A DNA stretch of 64,000 bases from Spirochaetes bacterium GWE1_32_154 (GTDB lineage: Bacteria > Spirochaetota > GWE2-31-10): assembly GCA_001829315.1 (NCBI GenBank), contig MIAY01000010.1, positions 20,871 to 84,870 of the forward strand. The letters run 5' to 3'. The position numbers and the translations under genes were made by a program. Of this stretch, positions 18,776 to 28,410 are shown piece by piece. Positions within the stretch are counted from its first letter, which is position 1. Every line of letters starts with the position of its first letter. The notes under the pieces are model-generated. The model ran no database searches. It worked only from the letters and a program-made list of their open reading frames with translations, and was not told the DNA's origin.

Positions 18776-18943
18776 TTATAAAGATTTTTGACTAATAAAT
18801 TTTTCTTTACTTGCTTTGCAAATAGGACATACCCAGTCAGCCGGCAGTTGATTAAAATCAATACCCGGTACAATTCCATTTTTTATGTCACCTTTTTGCG
18901 GATCGTAGACCCAACCGCAGATTTTACATTTATATTTAAGCAT
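18776..18943 (-). CDS. Rubredoxin (55 aa), absent from the ORF track
   Basis: MLKYKCKICGWVYDPQKGD...LPADWVCPICKASKEKF; GGAG RBS. Confidence 0.93.
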   Translation of the reverse strand: MLKYKCKICGWVYDPQKGDIKNGIVPGIDFNQLPADWVCPICKASKEKFISQKSL

Positions 18944-18966
18944 ATAATCTCCATTATAAAAACTTT

Positions 18967-19003
18967 AAAAAAATAGAGCTGTTAAAAACAGCTCTATTTT
19001 TTT
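18967..19003 (-). terminator. Terminator between the two rubredoxin genes
   Basis: aaaaaaatagagctgtt-aaa-aacagctctattttttt. Confidence 0.8.
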
Positions 19004-19007
19004 AGAA

Positions 19008-19166
19008 TTATTGCGCTTCAAATTCACTTTTACCGACACCGCAAAGAGGGCAAGTCCAATCATCAGGAATATCCTCAAATGCAGTTCCCGGTGCTATACC
19101 GCTATCCGGATCTCCAGCTTCAGGGTCATAAACATAACCGCAGGCAATACATACATATTTTTTCAT
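19008..19166 (-). CDS. Rubredoxin (52 aa), absent from the ORF track
   Basis: [52 protein letters not shown]. Confidence 0.96.
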   Translation of the reverse strand: MKKYVCIACGYVYDPEAGDPDSGIAPGTAFEDIPDDWTCPLCGVGKSEFEAQ

Positions 19167-19182
19167 ATAATCCCCTTTATAA

Positions 19183-19758
19183 TTAGTAGTTTTCTGATTT
19201 TAGAGCAAAATGAGCTTGAGGGTGCTGGCAAGTCGGGCAAATCTTTGGTGCTTCAGTTCCTGTGTGAACATGACCGCATCGGTCGCAAACCCATTTAGCC
19301 GGAGCATCACTTTTAAACACTTCACCTTTTTCAACTTTTGCAAGTAATCGTAAATATCTTTCTTCGTGTTCTTTTTCAATCTTTGAGATTAATCTCCATA
19401 ATGCAGCAGCTTCTTTAAAACCTTCTTTCTCAGCGATATCAGCAAATTTAGGATATAATTCTGTATGCTCCTCATGTTCACCCATTGCTGATGCTTTTAG
19501 ATTTTCTGCAGTAGTTCCAACTTTTCCGGCAGGATACATTGCTGTAATCTCAACACCGCCACCTTCTAACAGGCTGAAAAATCTTTTCGCATGCTGATAT
19601 TCATTTTCGGCTGTTTCCATAAATAATGTGGCTATAATTTCAAACCCTTCTTTTGATGCTTGTTTTGAAAACATGGTATATCTGTTTCTTGCTTGAGATT
19701 CACCTGCAAATGATTTTAATAAATTTTTTTCAGTTTCGCTGCCTTTAATAGATGCCAT
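19183..19758 (-). CDS. rbr: Rubrerythrin
   Basis: [24 protein letters not shown]-terminal CDRCG...CPTC. Confidence 0.96.
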   Translation of the reverse strand: MASIKGSETEKNLLKSFAGESQARNRYTMFSKQASKEGFEIIATLFMETAENEYQHAKRFFSLLEGGGVEITAMYPAGKVGTTAENLKASAMGEHEEHTELYPKFADIAEKEGFKEAAALWRLISKIEKEHEERYLRLLAKVEKGEVFKSDAPAKWVCDRCGHVHTGTEAPKICPTCQHPQAHFALKSENY

Positions 19759-19793
19759 TAAATAATCCTCCTCATTATATTGTATAATTAAAA

Positions 19794-20291
19794 TTAATCT
19801 TTTGCTCTTTTTGACATCTGGTGATCGACCATCATTAATGTTGATGCTTTACCTTCAGTCATTTTTACCCATTCAACAAGTTGACTGGTATTTGCCTCTT
19901 CTTCAACTTGTTCATCAATAAACCATTTTAGAAAATTTGCAGATGCATAATCTTTTTCTGAAAGTGAAGTTTCATATAGCTTTGTAATTAAAGATGTTAC
20001 CAGTAATTCATGTTTATATGCTTCCTCGACAATTTCAAGTGTATTTTTAAAATCAGCTTTCGGGGCATTTATTGTTTTAAGTGTAATTTTTCCGCCTCTT
20101 TCAAGAACGAATTTATACATTTTCATAGCATGTTCAACTTCTTCCTGAGCTTGTATGGTAAACCACGAAGCAAAACCTGTTAAATTATTTGCTGAGAAAT
20201 AAGCTGACATAGATAAATATAAATATGATGAAAACAATTCAGCGTTTATTTGTTCATTAAAAGCATTTTCAATTGATTTAGAAATTGTCAT
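19794..20291 (-). CDS. ftnA: Non-heme ferritin
   Basis: NEQINAELFSSYLY, QAQEEVEHA, WFIDEQVEEE. Confidence 0.95.
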   Translation of the reverse strand: MTISKSIENAFNEQINAELFSSYLYLSMSAYFSANNLTGFASWFTIQAQEEVEHAMKMYKFVLERGGKITLKTINAPKADFKNTLEIVEEAYKHELLVTSLITKLYETSLSEKDYASANFLKWFIDEQVEEEANTSQLVEWVKMTEGKASTLMMVDHQMSKRAKD

Positions 20292-20305
20292 AATAGACTC
20301 CTTTT

Positions 20306-20689
20306 TTAATTAGTGGCAGACCATAAACCATGTAAATTACAATATTCCCGTGCCGTGATTTTGCTTGCTTCAGTTTTAAATTGTGCAACAGGTTTTTCAC
20401 CCGGTTTTAAAATTGCTCTTAAAACAGTTGTATCGGTTATAAGTTCAATAAATTCAATAAAATGCTCTGGCGTCATAGGATGTTCAACTGCTCCTACTGT
20501 TACTTTATAACCACCATCAATTTTTTCAATAACAGGCACATGTTTTTCTTTTGCAGCGTCTTTTGTGTTTTCTGTATAAAGTTTCATTTCTTCACCACAG
20601 CAGACTAGAGTTCCGGCACTTGCATGAACCATTTCTACAATATTACCGCATTTTTCACACTTGTAAATCTCGTTAAGTTTTGTTGCCAT
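20306..20689 (-). CDS. dfx: Desulfoferrodoxin (2Fe superoxide reductase)
   Basis: YKCEKCGN...[26 protein letters not shown]; start at MATKL after AGGAG. Confidence 0.95.
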   Translation of the reverse strand: MATKLNEIYKCEKCGNIVEMVHASAGTLVCCGEEMKLYTENTKDAAKEKHVPVIEKIDGGYKVTVGAVEHPMTPEHFIEFIELITDTTVLRAILKPGEKPVAQFKTEASKITAREYCNLHGLWSATN

Positions 20690-21098
20690 TTTCATCTCCT
20701 TTTTTTTTAATACATAAAGCACATATTCCGGTATAGTATATATGCTTTTCTGATATCTGAAAATTTTCAATTGAACTAATGTCAATTTTTATTTCAGAGA
20801 TCGGAAAATCATAGATTGCACCACATTCTAAACATTTGAAATGACCATGAAATTCTGTATCAGCATCATAGCGTATTTCATTATTATCGATGATTACTTG
20901 AATGAGTTGTTTTTCTCTCAATAACGCAAGAGTATTATAAACAGTTGTTTTTGACAAAGTTGGAATTTGATTAACAAGGTTCTGGAAAATTGTATCAACA
21001 GAGGGGTGAATCTTATTTTTTAAAAGATACTCAAGAATTTGAATTCGTTGTTGCGAAGGTGATACCCCTTTACTTTTTAACAAATCAATTGTTCTCAT
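20673..21098 (-). CDS. perR: Fur-family regulator, PerR-like
   Basis: [26 protein letters not shown]-terminal CALC; heads a peroxide/superoxide defence operon. Confidence 0.85.
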   Translation of the reverse strand: MRTIDLLKSKGVSPSQQRIQILEYLLKNKIHPSVDTIFQNLVNQIPTLSKTTVYNTLALLREKQLIQVIIDNNEIRYDADTEFHGHFKCLECGAIYDFPISEIKIDISSIENFQISEKHIYYTGICALCIKKKGDENGNKT

Positions 21099-21108
21099 TG
21101 TTCCTCAT

Positions 21109-21157
21109 TTTGTAATCATTACAAATTTATAATAATACCAAATTAACTAAAAGTCAA
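21109..21157 (-). promoter_or_regulatory. Sigma70-type promoter with Fur/PerR operator
   Basis: TTGACT(21157-21152)-N17-TATTAT(21134-21129), then the perfect 8-1-8 palindrome tttgtaat-c-attacaaa (21109-21125). Confidence 0.75.
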
Positions 21158-21178
21158 GTGTATTTTTATAATTTAATT

Positions 21179-22138
21179 TTATTCCAAATCATCCATTATC
21201 ATTTCTTTTGAATCTTCTTCATCAAAAACTGCCTGAGGAAATTCTGAATAATTAATTAATCTCTCTGCTATATTTAAAAGTCCGGTAACCCATTTGGAAT
21301 CAGTCATTTTTTCTGCGATAGGAACTCTGTTATTTAAGCAATCTTCGATTAAAGGTTCATATGGTAAAATGCCAAGATATTCCATATCAAAACCAAGATT
21401 TTTATGAACTATCATTCTTAAGTTTTCACCAAGATTTATATCATTTTTTGAGTGTCCCATATTGAGAACAAATTTTGGATAGAAATCTTTTGTTGCTTTT
21501 GTTAACGCTTCTTCTTTATCGGGAAAGTCTTTTTTTAGAAGTCGAATAAATTCTATGAGACGAAAGTCATCTTTTTCCAGCCTTAAATTAGCAGCATCTG
21601 CTAATTTTTCTCTAATAATATCACCTTTTTTAAATGATTGAAAAATAAAGCGGTAATATGCATTTTTTAAGAACGAATACAAATTTAGTACCGATGTAAC
21701 TTCGGGAACCCCAATCATTATGCCTACCGGTGAGATGGTATAAAAGTCAATTGTATTAGCAGATGTTCCTGCACCTAAATCAAGTAAAACCCAATCTGCA
21801 TCTATGGCGGATAAACCTTTAATAATCTGTTTTTTTCTAAAATATTGTAAATTGGCAGTTCCGACAAATAATGCATCACCTGGAATAAAATGTAAGTTTT
21901 TGTATTTTGTTTCATGAATAATATCATTAAAAGTTAATTCTTTATTATTAATAAAGTGTCCGATGCCTGACATGTCATTTTTTATGCCAAGAACAGTATG
22001 CATATTACTTCCGCCAAGATCTAAATCCACTATAACGACTTTTTCGCCTTTTGATGCCAATATTATTCCAAGGTTTGCAGTAAAAACGGTTTTTCCAACA
22101 CCACCTTTGCCTGATGCAATTGGTAAAATCTTAGCCAT
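21179..22138 (-). CDS. MinD/FlhG-like P-loop ATPase
   Basis: SGKGGVGKT, VDLDLGGSN, LDLGAGT, PEVTS. Confidence 0.85.
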   Translation of the reverse strand: MAKILPIASGKGGVGKTVFTANLGIILASKGEKVVIVDLDLGGSNMHTVLGIKNDMSGIGHFINNKELTFNDIIHETKYKNLHFIPGDALFVGTANLQYFRKKQIIKGLSAIDADWVLLDLGAGTSANTIDFYTISPVGIMIGVPEVTSVLNLYSFLKNAYYRFIFQSFKKGDIIREKLADAANLRLEKDDFRLIEFIRLLKKDFPDKEEALTKATKDFYPKFVLNMGHSKNDINLGENLRMIVHKNLGFDMEYLGILPYEPLIEDCLNNRVPIAEKMTDSKWVTGLLNIAERLINYSEFPQAVFDEEDSKEMIMDDLE

Positions 22139-22326
22139 ACCAACTCCTTTCTTTTTTTATATTTTGATAATAGTATATTTTGAAAAAAAAAACATTAATA
22201 TATAAAAAAAATCTTGACTTTAAATTGTTTTGAGTCTATTTGTTTTATTTACTATTATAAAATTGATTCTCTCTCTTCTGTTTATCTCAAGAAATTAGAA
22301 TCTATTTACCATGAAGGAATAATCAC

Positions 22327-25300
22327 ATGAAAACAATCGGTATTTGTGCTGGTGCGTCAACTGTATCAGCTGTTGAACTTGAAATTAATGGAAAATCAGT
22401 AAAACAATTAGCTCAGAAAACTATTTTCCATGATGGAGATTCTCAAAAAGGTATTATTGAGATTCTAAAAGAAATGAAACCTGAAAATGTTGATCGGGTT
22501 GTAATAACCGGAAGAAAATATAAAAACTTTGTTAATTTAACAACAATTACTGAACCTGAGGCAGTTGAATATGCTACTGCACAGCTAATTACCGATAAAT
22601 CAAAATATAATGCATTAGTGAGTGCCGGTGGTGAAACTATACTTGTTTATCAATTAAATAATCAGGGCAAAATACATAATGTTTTCACAGGTAATAAATG
22701 TGCATCAGGAACAGGTTCTTTTTTTCTTCAGCAATTAGGCAGAATGGCACTTGATATAGATGATATTATCGATAAAGAATATGATGAGGAAAGTGCTTAT
22801 ACTATTTCAGGACGATGTTCAGTATTTTGTAAATCAGATTGTACACACGCTTTAAATAAAGGTGTTGTTAAGGATAATGTCGTTGCCGGTCTTTGCAGGA
22901 TGATGTCATTAAAAATAACAGAGTTAATTACATCGCTTGATAAGAAAAATATCATATTAACCGGTGGTATTTCAAAAATTAAACCAATTACTCACTATAT
23001 AAAAGATTCAGTTGATTCATTGTTTATTCCCGAACAATCTTCTTATTATGAAGCTTATGGTGCTGCTATGTGGGCATCTCAGAATGAAACTCAAGCTTTC
23101 CCCGGATATGAAAACCTTTTTAAAGAAGAACCGACTTCTTTCGAATTTTTAAAACCTTTAAACACAGCAGAGTCTCTTGTTGAATTTAAAGAAAAAAAGA
23201 GAGATGTTGCTGTTGATGGTGATATTTGTATTCTTGGTGTTGATATCGGGTCAACAACAACCAAAGCTGTATTATTGAGAAAATCTGATGACGCAATTCT
23301 GGCTTCATGTTATTTACGAACATCAGGAGATCCGATCGGTGCTGCTAAAAACTGTTATATAGAAATAGAAAAACAATTAAATGGCAAAAAAGTAACTATA
23401 ATCGGGCTTGGAACAACCGGATCAGGTCGTCATATTGTCGGTCTTCATGCTCTTACTGATTCAATTTTTAATGAAATTATATGCCATGCAACAGCAAGTA
23501 TTTATTTTGATCCTGAGGTTGATACTATTTTTGAAATAGGCGGACAGGATGCAAAATATACGTATATCACTCAGGGAATTCCCTCTGATTATGCAATGAA
23601 TGAAGCGTGTTCAGCCGGAACGGGAAGTTTTCTTGAAGAGGCTGCTAAAGAAGCCTTGAATATTGATGTTGCTGAAATATCAGATATTGCTTTAAAATCA
23701 AGTCAACCACCTAATTTTAATGATCAATGTTCTGCATTTATATCTTCTGATATTGCCACAGCATTTCAGGAAGGTCTTAATAAAACTGATATAGTAGCCG
23801 GACTTGTATATTCAATCTGTCTTAATTATAATAACCGTGTTCGTGGTGCAAGACCGATTGGTAAAAAGATTTTTATGCAAGGCGGAGTTTGTTATAATAA
23901 AGCTGTTCCTTATGCAATGGCAACATTGTTAAATACAAAAATAATAGTACCACCGGAACCGGGTTTAATGGGGGCTTTTGGTTGTGCGTATGAAATTAAA
24001 AAAAGATTGGAAAAAGGTCTGATGGTTGAAAGTTCATTTGATCTTCATACATTATATTCAAGAGCTATATCGTATGGAAAACCATTTGTATGTAATGGCG
24101 GGAAAGAAAAATGTGATAGAAAATGTTCGATAAGTATGATGCATGTTGAGGCTGAAAAAATTCCTTTTGGCGGCGCTTGTAACAAATATTATAATGAACG
24201 ATTAAAATTAAACTATGATACAGAGAAACTTGATTTAGTTGCACTTCGTGATAAAATGCTCTTTGTCGATTTTGTTAAACCATCAGGAAATGTTAAAGAT
24301 GGTGCAAAAACCATTGGTATAAGCAGATCATTTTTGACTAATATGTTATATCCATTGTATTTTAATTTCTGGGATCAACTTGGTTATAAAGTTGTATTAT
24401 CTGATGATGTAACAGAGTCAGGTCGTGAGAAAAGGAAAGCTGCATTCTGTTTTCCTGCTGAAATCGCCCATGGAGCATTTGATAATTTGTTGTCCAAAAA
24501 TACTGATTATATTTTTATGCCTCATGTAATGCATATTCCGGTAACAGGAAGTAATGAGAATAATAAAGCCTGTGTATTTGTTCAGGGGGAACCATATTAT
24601 TTGAAACAGGCATTTAAAGATAGAACGCTTCCCGAGTTGTTAGTTCCTATTATTGACTTTCAGGAACATGTAAGTTCAACAAAAAGTGAGTTTATTAAAA
24701 TAGCTCAAGGGGTTGGTGCTAAAAAATCAGATGCTGCTAAAGCATTCAAATTTGCGTATGATCAGATGAGTGCTTTTTTTCATAAATCATGGGAAATTGG
24801 TGCTGAAGTGCTGAAAGAATTAGAACAAAATCCTGATGAATTCGGTATTGTTCTTATGGGGCGATGGTATAATGCTCTTGCAAGAGAAGCAAATATGTCT
24901 ATTCCTCATAAAATTGCATCACGGGGTATTCGGGTTATTCCTTATGATTTTCTACCGTATGAGACTAAAAAGTCAAATACATATATGCATTGGGGAATTG
25001 GAAAGACGGCGATTCAGGTTTCAAAAAGGGTTAAAGATCATCCTCAATTATTTGCAACGTATGTTACAAACTTCTCGTGTGGTCCTGATTCTTTTATTGT
25101 TCCATATTTTAGAGAAGAAATGGAGAGAAAACCATCGTTGACTCTTGAGCTTGACAGTCATACAGCTGATGTAGGTTTAAATACCCGTATTGAAGCCGCT
25201 ATTGATATAATTAAATATTACAGACAGCTTGAATTAAAGCATGTAAAAGAAACATCTGATTTTGTACCGGCAGAAACAGTTCATAAAGGTACAAAAGTTT

Positions 25301-26625
25301 TCTTTAAAGATTCAAAAGGTAAATTAGTTGATTTTAAAGACCCGAGTGTTACGTTTTTATTTCCGGTTATGGGGCGTTTTTTGACCGAAGGTGGAGTCTC
25401 TGCACTTAAGAAAGATGGCTTTCATGCAGATATGGTTAGTTATCCTGATTCAGAGTCATTGGCTACGGGTAAGGCAAATTCCGGTTGTAAAGAGTGTTTA
25501 CCGTATATCGTTTTAGTAGGTTCTTTAATGGATTATGTTACCAATAGAAAGAAGCCCGGTGAGAAAGTTGCCTTTTTTATAGTTGGTGATCCTGCTCCGT
25601 GCCGTGTTGAGCAATATCAGGTCGGGTTTAAAAAACTCATTGAAAAGAATAAAATTGAAGACGTTGCTGTACATACTCTAAGCTCAACAGAGGGGTTTGC
25701 CGGAATGGGACTTGCGCCATTATTAAATGTATGGAAAGCAATGTGTATTGCAGATGTGATGGAGCAGATTTATGCAGCCGTTTTAACTCTTGCAAAAGAC
25801 AGAGTAAAGGCACTTGAAATATTTGATGCGGAATGGGAAAATATAAAGCGGAATCTTGAAGGTAGAGAAAAGATTTCTTTAAATAAAAGATTTAAACTTA
25901 CTTCAGAGGCTTTACGTAAGATAGAGGTAACAAAACCTATTCATGAAGCGATGAAAGTCACTATTACAGGTGAAATGTACGTAAGAAGTGAACAATTCTG
26001 CCGACAGGACATCGAGTTGACATTGGCAAATATGGGGTTAGTTGCCAAAATTACTCCATTAATGGAGTGGTTGTATTATGTTGATTATGTTCAGAATAAA
26101 AACTACGGTAATGAGAAATTTTCAATTTGGAAAAGAGCTTTTTTTGGTATTAAACGATATGTTCAACATTCAATTGAAAGACAAGTTAAGAGCAGTTTTA
26201 AAGATCATCCTTTGTATGAGTATGATCCTATTAACATTAAAGAAACCATCGAGACTGCAAATCCATTGATTAATCCAAAACTCATTGGTGATATCGGGTT
26301 AACTATCGGAGGCGGTTTAAAAGAAAGTCTTCATGAGTCATGCGGTGTTATTTCTTTAGGACCCTTTGCTTGTCTGCAAACAAGAGTTGCTGAAGCAATA
26401 TTAAAAAATAATATGACACTGGGTGATAAACTTGAAGTGTCAAACAGAACTGTTTTCGGCGATTCGGTAAATGAAATGGATAAGAGTATGGTTTTACCAT
26501 ATCTTGCTATTGAATCTGACGGAAATCCTTATCCGCAAATAATTCAGGCTCAGCTTGAAGTATTTGGTTTACAGGCAAAACGAATCGGTGAAAAAATGAA
26601 TGAATTTAAACAAAAAAAATCATAG
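22327..26625 (+). CDS. CoA-substrate-specific enzyme activase (two BcrAD/BadFG ASKHA domains plus DUF2229-like region)
   Basis: KCASGTG, RCSVF, GVDIGSTTTK, EIGGQD, MNEACSAGTGSF, CFPAEIAHG, NFSCGPD, GPFAC. Confidence 0.9.
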   Translation: MKTIGICAGASTVSAVELEINGKSVKQLAQKTIFHDGDSQKGIIEILKEMKPENVDRVVITGRKYKNFVNLTTITEPEAVEYATAQLITDKSKYNALVSAGGETILVYQLNNQGKIHNVFTGNKCASGTGSFFLQQLGRMALDIDDIIDKEYDEESAYTISGRCSVFCKSDCTHALNKGVVKDNVVAGLCRMMSLKITELITSLDKKNIILTGGISKIKPITHYIKDSVDSLFIPEQSSYYEAYGAAMWASQNETQAFPGYENLFKEEPTSFEFLKPLNTAESLVEFKEKKRDVAVDGDICILGVDIGSTTTKAVLLRKSDDAILASCYLRTSGDPIGAAKNCYIEIEKQLNGKKVTIIGLGTTGSGRHIVGLHALTDSIFNEIICHATASIYFDPEVDTIFEIGGQDAKYTYITQGIPSDYAMNEACSAGTGSFLEEAAKEALNIDVAEISDIALKSSQPPNFNDQCSAFISSDIATAFQEGLNKTDIVAGLVYSICLNYNNRVRGARPIGKKIFMQGGVCYNKAVPYAMATLLNTKIIVPPEPGLMGAFGCAYEIKKRLEKGLMVESSFDLHTLYSRAISYGKPFVCNGGKEKCDRKCSISMMHVEAEKIPFGGACNKYYNERLKLNYDTEKLDLVALRDKMLFVDFVKPSGNVKDGAKTIGISRSFLTNMLYPLYFNFWDQLGYKVVLSDDVTESGREKRKAAFCFPAEIAHGAFDNLLSKNTDYIFMPHVMHIPVTGSNENNKACVFVQGEPYYLKQAFKDRTLPELLVPIIDFQEHVSSTKSEFIKIAQGVGAKKSDAAKAFKFAYDQMSAFFHKSWEIGAEVLKELEQNPDEFGIVLMGRWYNALAREANMSIPHKIASRGIRVIPYDFLPYETKKSNTYMHWGIGKTAIQVSKRVKDHPQLFATYVTNFSCGPDSFIVPYFREEMERKPSLTLELDSHTADVGLNTRIEAAIDIIKYYRQLELKHVKETSDFVPAETVHKGTKVFFKDSKGKLVDFKDPSVTFLFPVMGRFLTEGGVSALKKDGFHADMVSYPDSESLATGKANSGCKECLPYIVLVGSLMDYVTNRKKPGEKVAFFIVGDPAPCRVEQYQVGFKKLIEKNKIEDVAVHTLSSTEGFAGMGLAPLLNVWKAMCIADVMEQIYAAVLTLAKDRVKALEIFDAEWENIKRNLEGREKISLNKRFKLTSEALRKIEVTKPIHEAMKVTITGEMYVRSEQFCRQDIELTLANMGLVAKITPLMEWLYYVDYVQNKNYGNEKFSIWKRAFFGIKRYVQHSIERQVKSSFKDHPLYEYDPINIKETIETANPLINPKLIGDIGLTIGGGLKESLHESCGVISLGPFACLQTRVAEAILKNNMTLGDKLEVSNRTVFGDSVNEMDKSMVLPYLAIESDGNPYPQIIQAQLEVFGLQAKRIGEKMNEFKQKKS

Positions 26626-26727
26626 TTTTTTTGGAGAATATCCGGTTATTATTTATTATTTTACGATAAAAGCATTGACATTTTTTATTGTATACGATAA
26701 ATTACACTCATTCTTTGGGGGTTTTAA

Positions 26728-26886
26728 ATGAAAAAATTATTTATTGTTTTAGCAGTTGCAACGTCTTTAATGATTACTGTTGCAGGATGCAAAAAAAGTA
26801 CTACTGCTGAAGTAACTACTACACCTACAGTTGTTGAAGCAACTACAGATGTTATTGTAGATGCTACTGCAGATGCTGCTAAATAA
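26728..26886 (+). CDS. Small Thr/Ala-rich lipoprotein (52 aa), absent from the ORF track
   Basis: MKKLFIVLAVATSLMITVAG-CKKSTTAEVTTTPTVVEATTDVIVDATADAAK; upstream TTGACA (26675) and GGGGG RBS; own terminator. Confidence 0.85.
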   Translation: MKKLFIVLAVATSLMITVAGCKKSTTAEVTTTPTVVEATTDVIVDATADAAK

Positions 26887-26905
26887 TTAAACATTAATTA
26901 TTTGC

Positions 26906-26940
26906 AAAAGCTGTCTCATAAATGGGACAGCTTTTTTTTT
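26906..26940 (+). terminator. Rho-independent terminator
   Basis: aaaagctgtctcat-aa-atgggacagc followed by a T-tract. Confidence 0.85.
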
Positions 26941-27004
26941 ATCAAGCGCTTTCAAATAATTAAATTGCCTCGAATATACTACATTATTTATGTGGAGTTT
27001 CATT

Positions 27005-28387
27005 ATGGTTATACTCGATGATCTTAAAAATATTGATATACTAAAGCTATTAGAAACTGATAAAGAACAATTACTTCAACAGTTAGATGAGCTTCCCGCA
27101 GCAGAAATTAAAGATTTAATACATGGTTTGGAATATGAAGAACAGTTACTTATTATAAGACTTTTTAATAGGGAAAAGCAGGGGGAAGTTGTAACTGAGC
27201 TCGGTCTTGATATACAAATGTGGTTATTTAATAACACGCAAATTTATGAATTTGCCCGGATATTTACTCATTTATCTTCTGATATTCGAGCTGATATATT
27301 TCAAAATCTTGAAAAAGATGAACAATCCCGATTATTACCCTATCTTGATAAAAAAACGAGAGTCGATGTTATTAATTTAAGTTCATACCATCCTGAAACT
27401 GCAGGTGGGATTATGATAACAGATTTTGCTGATATTATGCAAAAAATGACTGTTCAGGAAGCACTTGAAAAGATCAGAAAAGATTCGCCATCCAAAAAAA
27501 TGATTTATTATATATATGTTGTTGATAAAGAAATGAAACTTCTCGGCTTTGTAACATTAAAAGATTTGATTATGAGTGAGCCAGGAATTAGTATTGAAGA
27601 TATTTTACATGATAATTATATTTATGCTGAAGCAGATGAGGATAGAGAATCTGTTGCACATAAAATTGAGAAATATGATCTTATTGCAATTCCGGTAATA
27701 AATCCATTACATCAGTTATTAGGCATTGTTACCCATGATGATGCTATTGAAGTTATTCGTGCAGAACAGACTGAGGATATGGAAAAAATAATGGGTATTA
27801 ATCATAGTAATGAAGGTGTTACCTATATGGATTCATCATCATTTGAGCATTTTAAAAAAAGAATCTGGTGGATTATGTCACTTTCAATTGTCGGTATAAT
27901 TTCCGGCATGATTATTCATAAATTTGAGACTACTCTTGAAAAGCTTATAATCCTTGCTTTGTATATGCCTATGGTTGCTGATACAGGCGGGAATATCGGC
28001 AGTCAGTCCGCAACTGTTGTTATTCGAGCATTGGCTCTTGGTCATATAAGTTTAAAGGACTGGTTTTTAGTCGTATGGAAAGAATTGCGAATTGCATTAA
28101 TGATATCATGTATTATAGGTGGAATTGCTTTTCTAAAAGTTATGTTTCTTTCTTATGAAACAACTATTCCATCTCAGTTTACTATTATTTCAATTGCTTT
28201 TGTTATATCGTTAGCATTAAGTTTTCAGGCGATTAGTTCTGCCGTTATTGGTGCACTTCTTCCGTTAATGGTAAAGTTTTTCGGAGGAGATCCTGCCGTT
28301 GCTGCCAGTCCGGCAATAACTACTATTGTCGATATTACAGGTCTTTTGATTTATTTTACAACAGCGACAATAATATTAGGGGTATAA
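27005..28387 (+). CDS. mgtE: Magnesium transporter MgtE
   Basis: ETAGGIM, CBS pair, GGNIGSQ, DPAVAASPAITTIVDITG. Confidence 0.95.
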   Translation: MVILDDLKNIDILKLLETDKEQLLQQLDELPAAEIKDLIHGLEYEEQLLIIRLFNREKQGEVVTELGLDIQMWLFNNTQIYEFARIFTHLSSDIRADIFQNLEKDEQSRLLPYLDKKTRVDVINLSSYHPETAGGIMITDFADIMQKMTVQEALEKIRKDSPSKKMIYYIYVVDKEMKLLGFVTLKDLIMSEPGISIEDILHDNYIYAEADEDRESVAHKIEKYDLIAIPVINPLHQLLGIVTHDDAIEVIRAEQTEDMEKIMGINHSNEGVTYMDSSSFEHFKKRIWWIMSLSIVGIISGMIIHKFETTLEKLIILALYMPMVADTGGNIGSQSATVVIRALALGHISLKDWFLVVWKELRIALMISCIIGGIAFLKVMFLSYETTIPSQFTIISIAFVISLALSFQAISSAVIGALLPLMVKFFGGDPAVAASPAITTIVDITGLLIYFTTATIILGV

Positions 28388-28410
28388 TTGTAAAGGTGAT
28401 CTATTGAGCC

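Noticed and set aside
18788-19298. Plus-strand ORFs of 62 and 95 aa
   Set aside because: They are antisense shadows of the two rubredoxin genes and rbr
20690-20785. Long N-terminus of the superoxide reductase ORF
   Set aside because: It lies inside perR; the RBS supports a start at 20689
26890-27004. Mg2+ (M-box) riboswitch upstream of mgtE
   Set aside because: The leader is too short, and the only hairpin is the upstream gene's terminator
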